Shown: piece by piece, positions 44,128 to 44,802 of the stretch | How positions within the stretch are numbered: position 1 is the first letter of the stretch | Layout of the letters: every line of letters starts with the position of its first letter | DNA from: Thermoproteota archaeon | GTDB lineage: Archaea > Korarchaeota > Korarchaeia > Korarchaeales > Korarchaeaceae | Assembly: GCA_027491435.1 (NCBI GenBank) | Contig: JAOZFG010000021.1 | Coordinates: forward strand, 1 to 44,802 | Direction of reading: 5' to 3' | DNA length: 44,802 nucleotides | Position numbers and translations under genes: made by a program | Notes under the pieces: generated by a model | Database searches by the model: none | What the model saw: the letters and a program-made list of their open reading frames with translations, nothing else | Told to the model about the DNA's origin: nothing

Positions 44128-44802
44128 AACCGCATCCCTAAGTTTGTACGCAACCTCACGAGAGATATTTAAATATTATTATGTCCACGGATTTCAATAG
44201 TCCCATAGGTGCTGTCAACTTAAGGCCACCCACACGCTTTGTCCATCAGCATGAGCATTTTCAGCCATCAGGCTGATACAGGGGTATTGACTTCCTCTGG
44301 CGTGTGGCTAACTAATAGGGCATGAACCTGTGAGGCCTTCCTAACAGTTAGCAGGCAACGCTTGCTTGGAGGAGTTAATCGAGCCTGTCTTAGTCTCTAT
44401 GGCTAGGTAGCTCCTTCTGCCTCCGCTCATCACGTATTTAGTCTAAATAAGACGCAGCAAGCCTGTACAAGGCCTTCGTCCGTGACGACTGCTAACGTCC
44501 CTCCTCTTAAGGAAGTTTCTAGCATTGCCCAGCTCATCTCGTCGCTGAGCTCAGTCAGATCAGTTATCTCAGGGTTCAGCGCCTCCTAGTTGAACGGCTC
44601 GTAGTGAAGTTCACCACCGTCTCGTCCACAACGCTACCCTTGGTCTTAGCAGCTAAACTGATTCATTCTAGCTCTAAACCTGTGAACTCGCTTCCTTACG
44701 CATCATGGCTCCTCCTGACACCTAGCAAGGCCAAGTTGGCTGACATGCTCAGCTAGGCCCGAAAGTAAGAACAAGGCATAGGCTATACAGCAGGGGTCAG
44801 CT

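Noticed and set aside
1-44802. CRISPR arrays, IS elements, integrases, tRNA/rRNA genes
   Set aside because: No regularly spaced repeats, transposase/integrase motifs or canonical RNA signatures were seen by eye.

Overview
Chromosomal segment of a thermophilic archaeon (GGTGA/GGAGG ribosome-binding sites, TATA-type promoters, AGG/ATA-rich codon use, dense and often overlapping genes). The lineage looks TACK-like, possibly Korarchaeota, but that is inference only. Most genes are housekeeping or metabolic: Lrp regulator, Nudix hydrolase, uppS, aldo/keto reductase, pheA, CBS protein, two radical SAM enzymes, CPA2 antiporter, trxB, pfpI, M20 amidohydrolase, a peptide ABC transporter, a ModE-like regulator and a HAD hydrolase. 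I found no rRNA, tRNA, CRISPR array or transposase. Five things stand out. (1) A five-gene surface-structure operon (22409->15288) has two paralogous secreted proteins, one ending in a cytoplasmic degenerate PIN-like domain, plus two membrane-anchored wHTH regulators. (2) A two-gene module (40017->37448) pairs a wHTH-like protein with a BrxD/DUF2791-like P-loop ATPase fused to a PD-(D/E)XK nuclease, a candidate defence system. (3) An unannotated ~131-nt GC-rich structured RNA (41892->41762) has its own TATA box and alternative pairings and lies directly upstream of a PflX-like gene. (4) The family-5 ABC solute-binding protein is circularly permuted. (5) A vapBC pair has an inactivated toxin. 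All family assignments come from reading motifs by eye; no searches were run.
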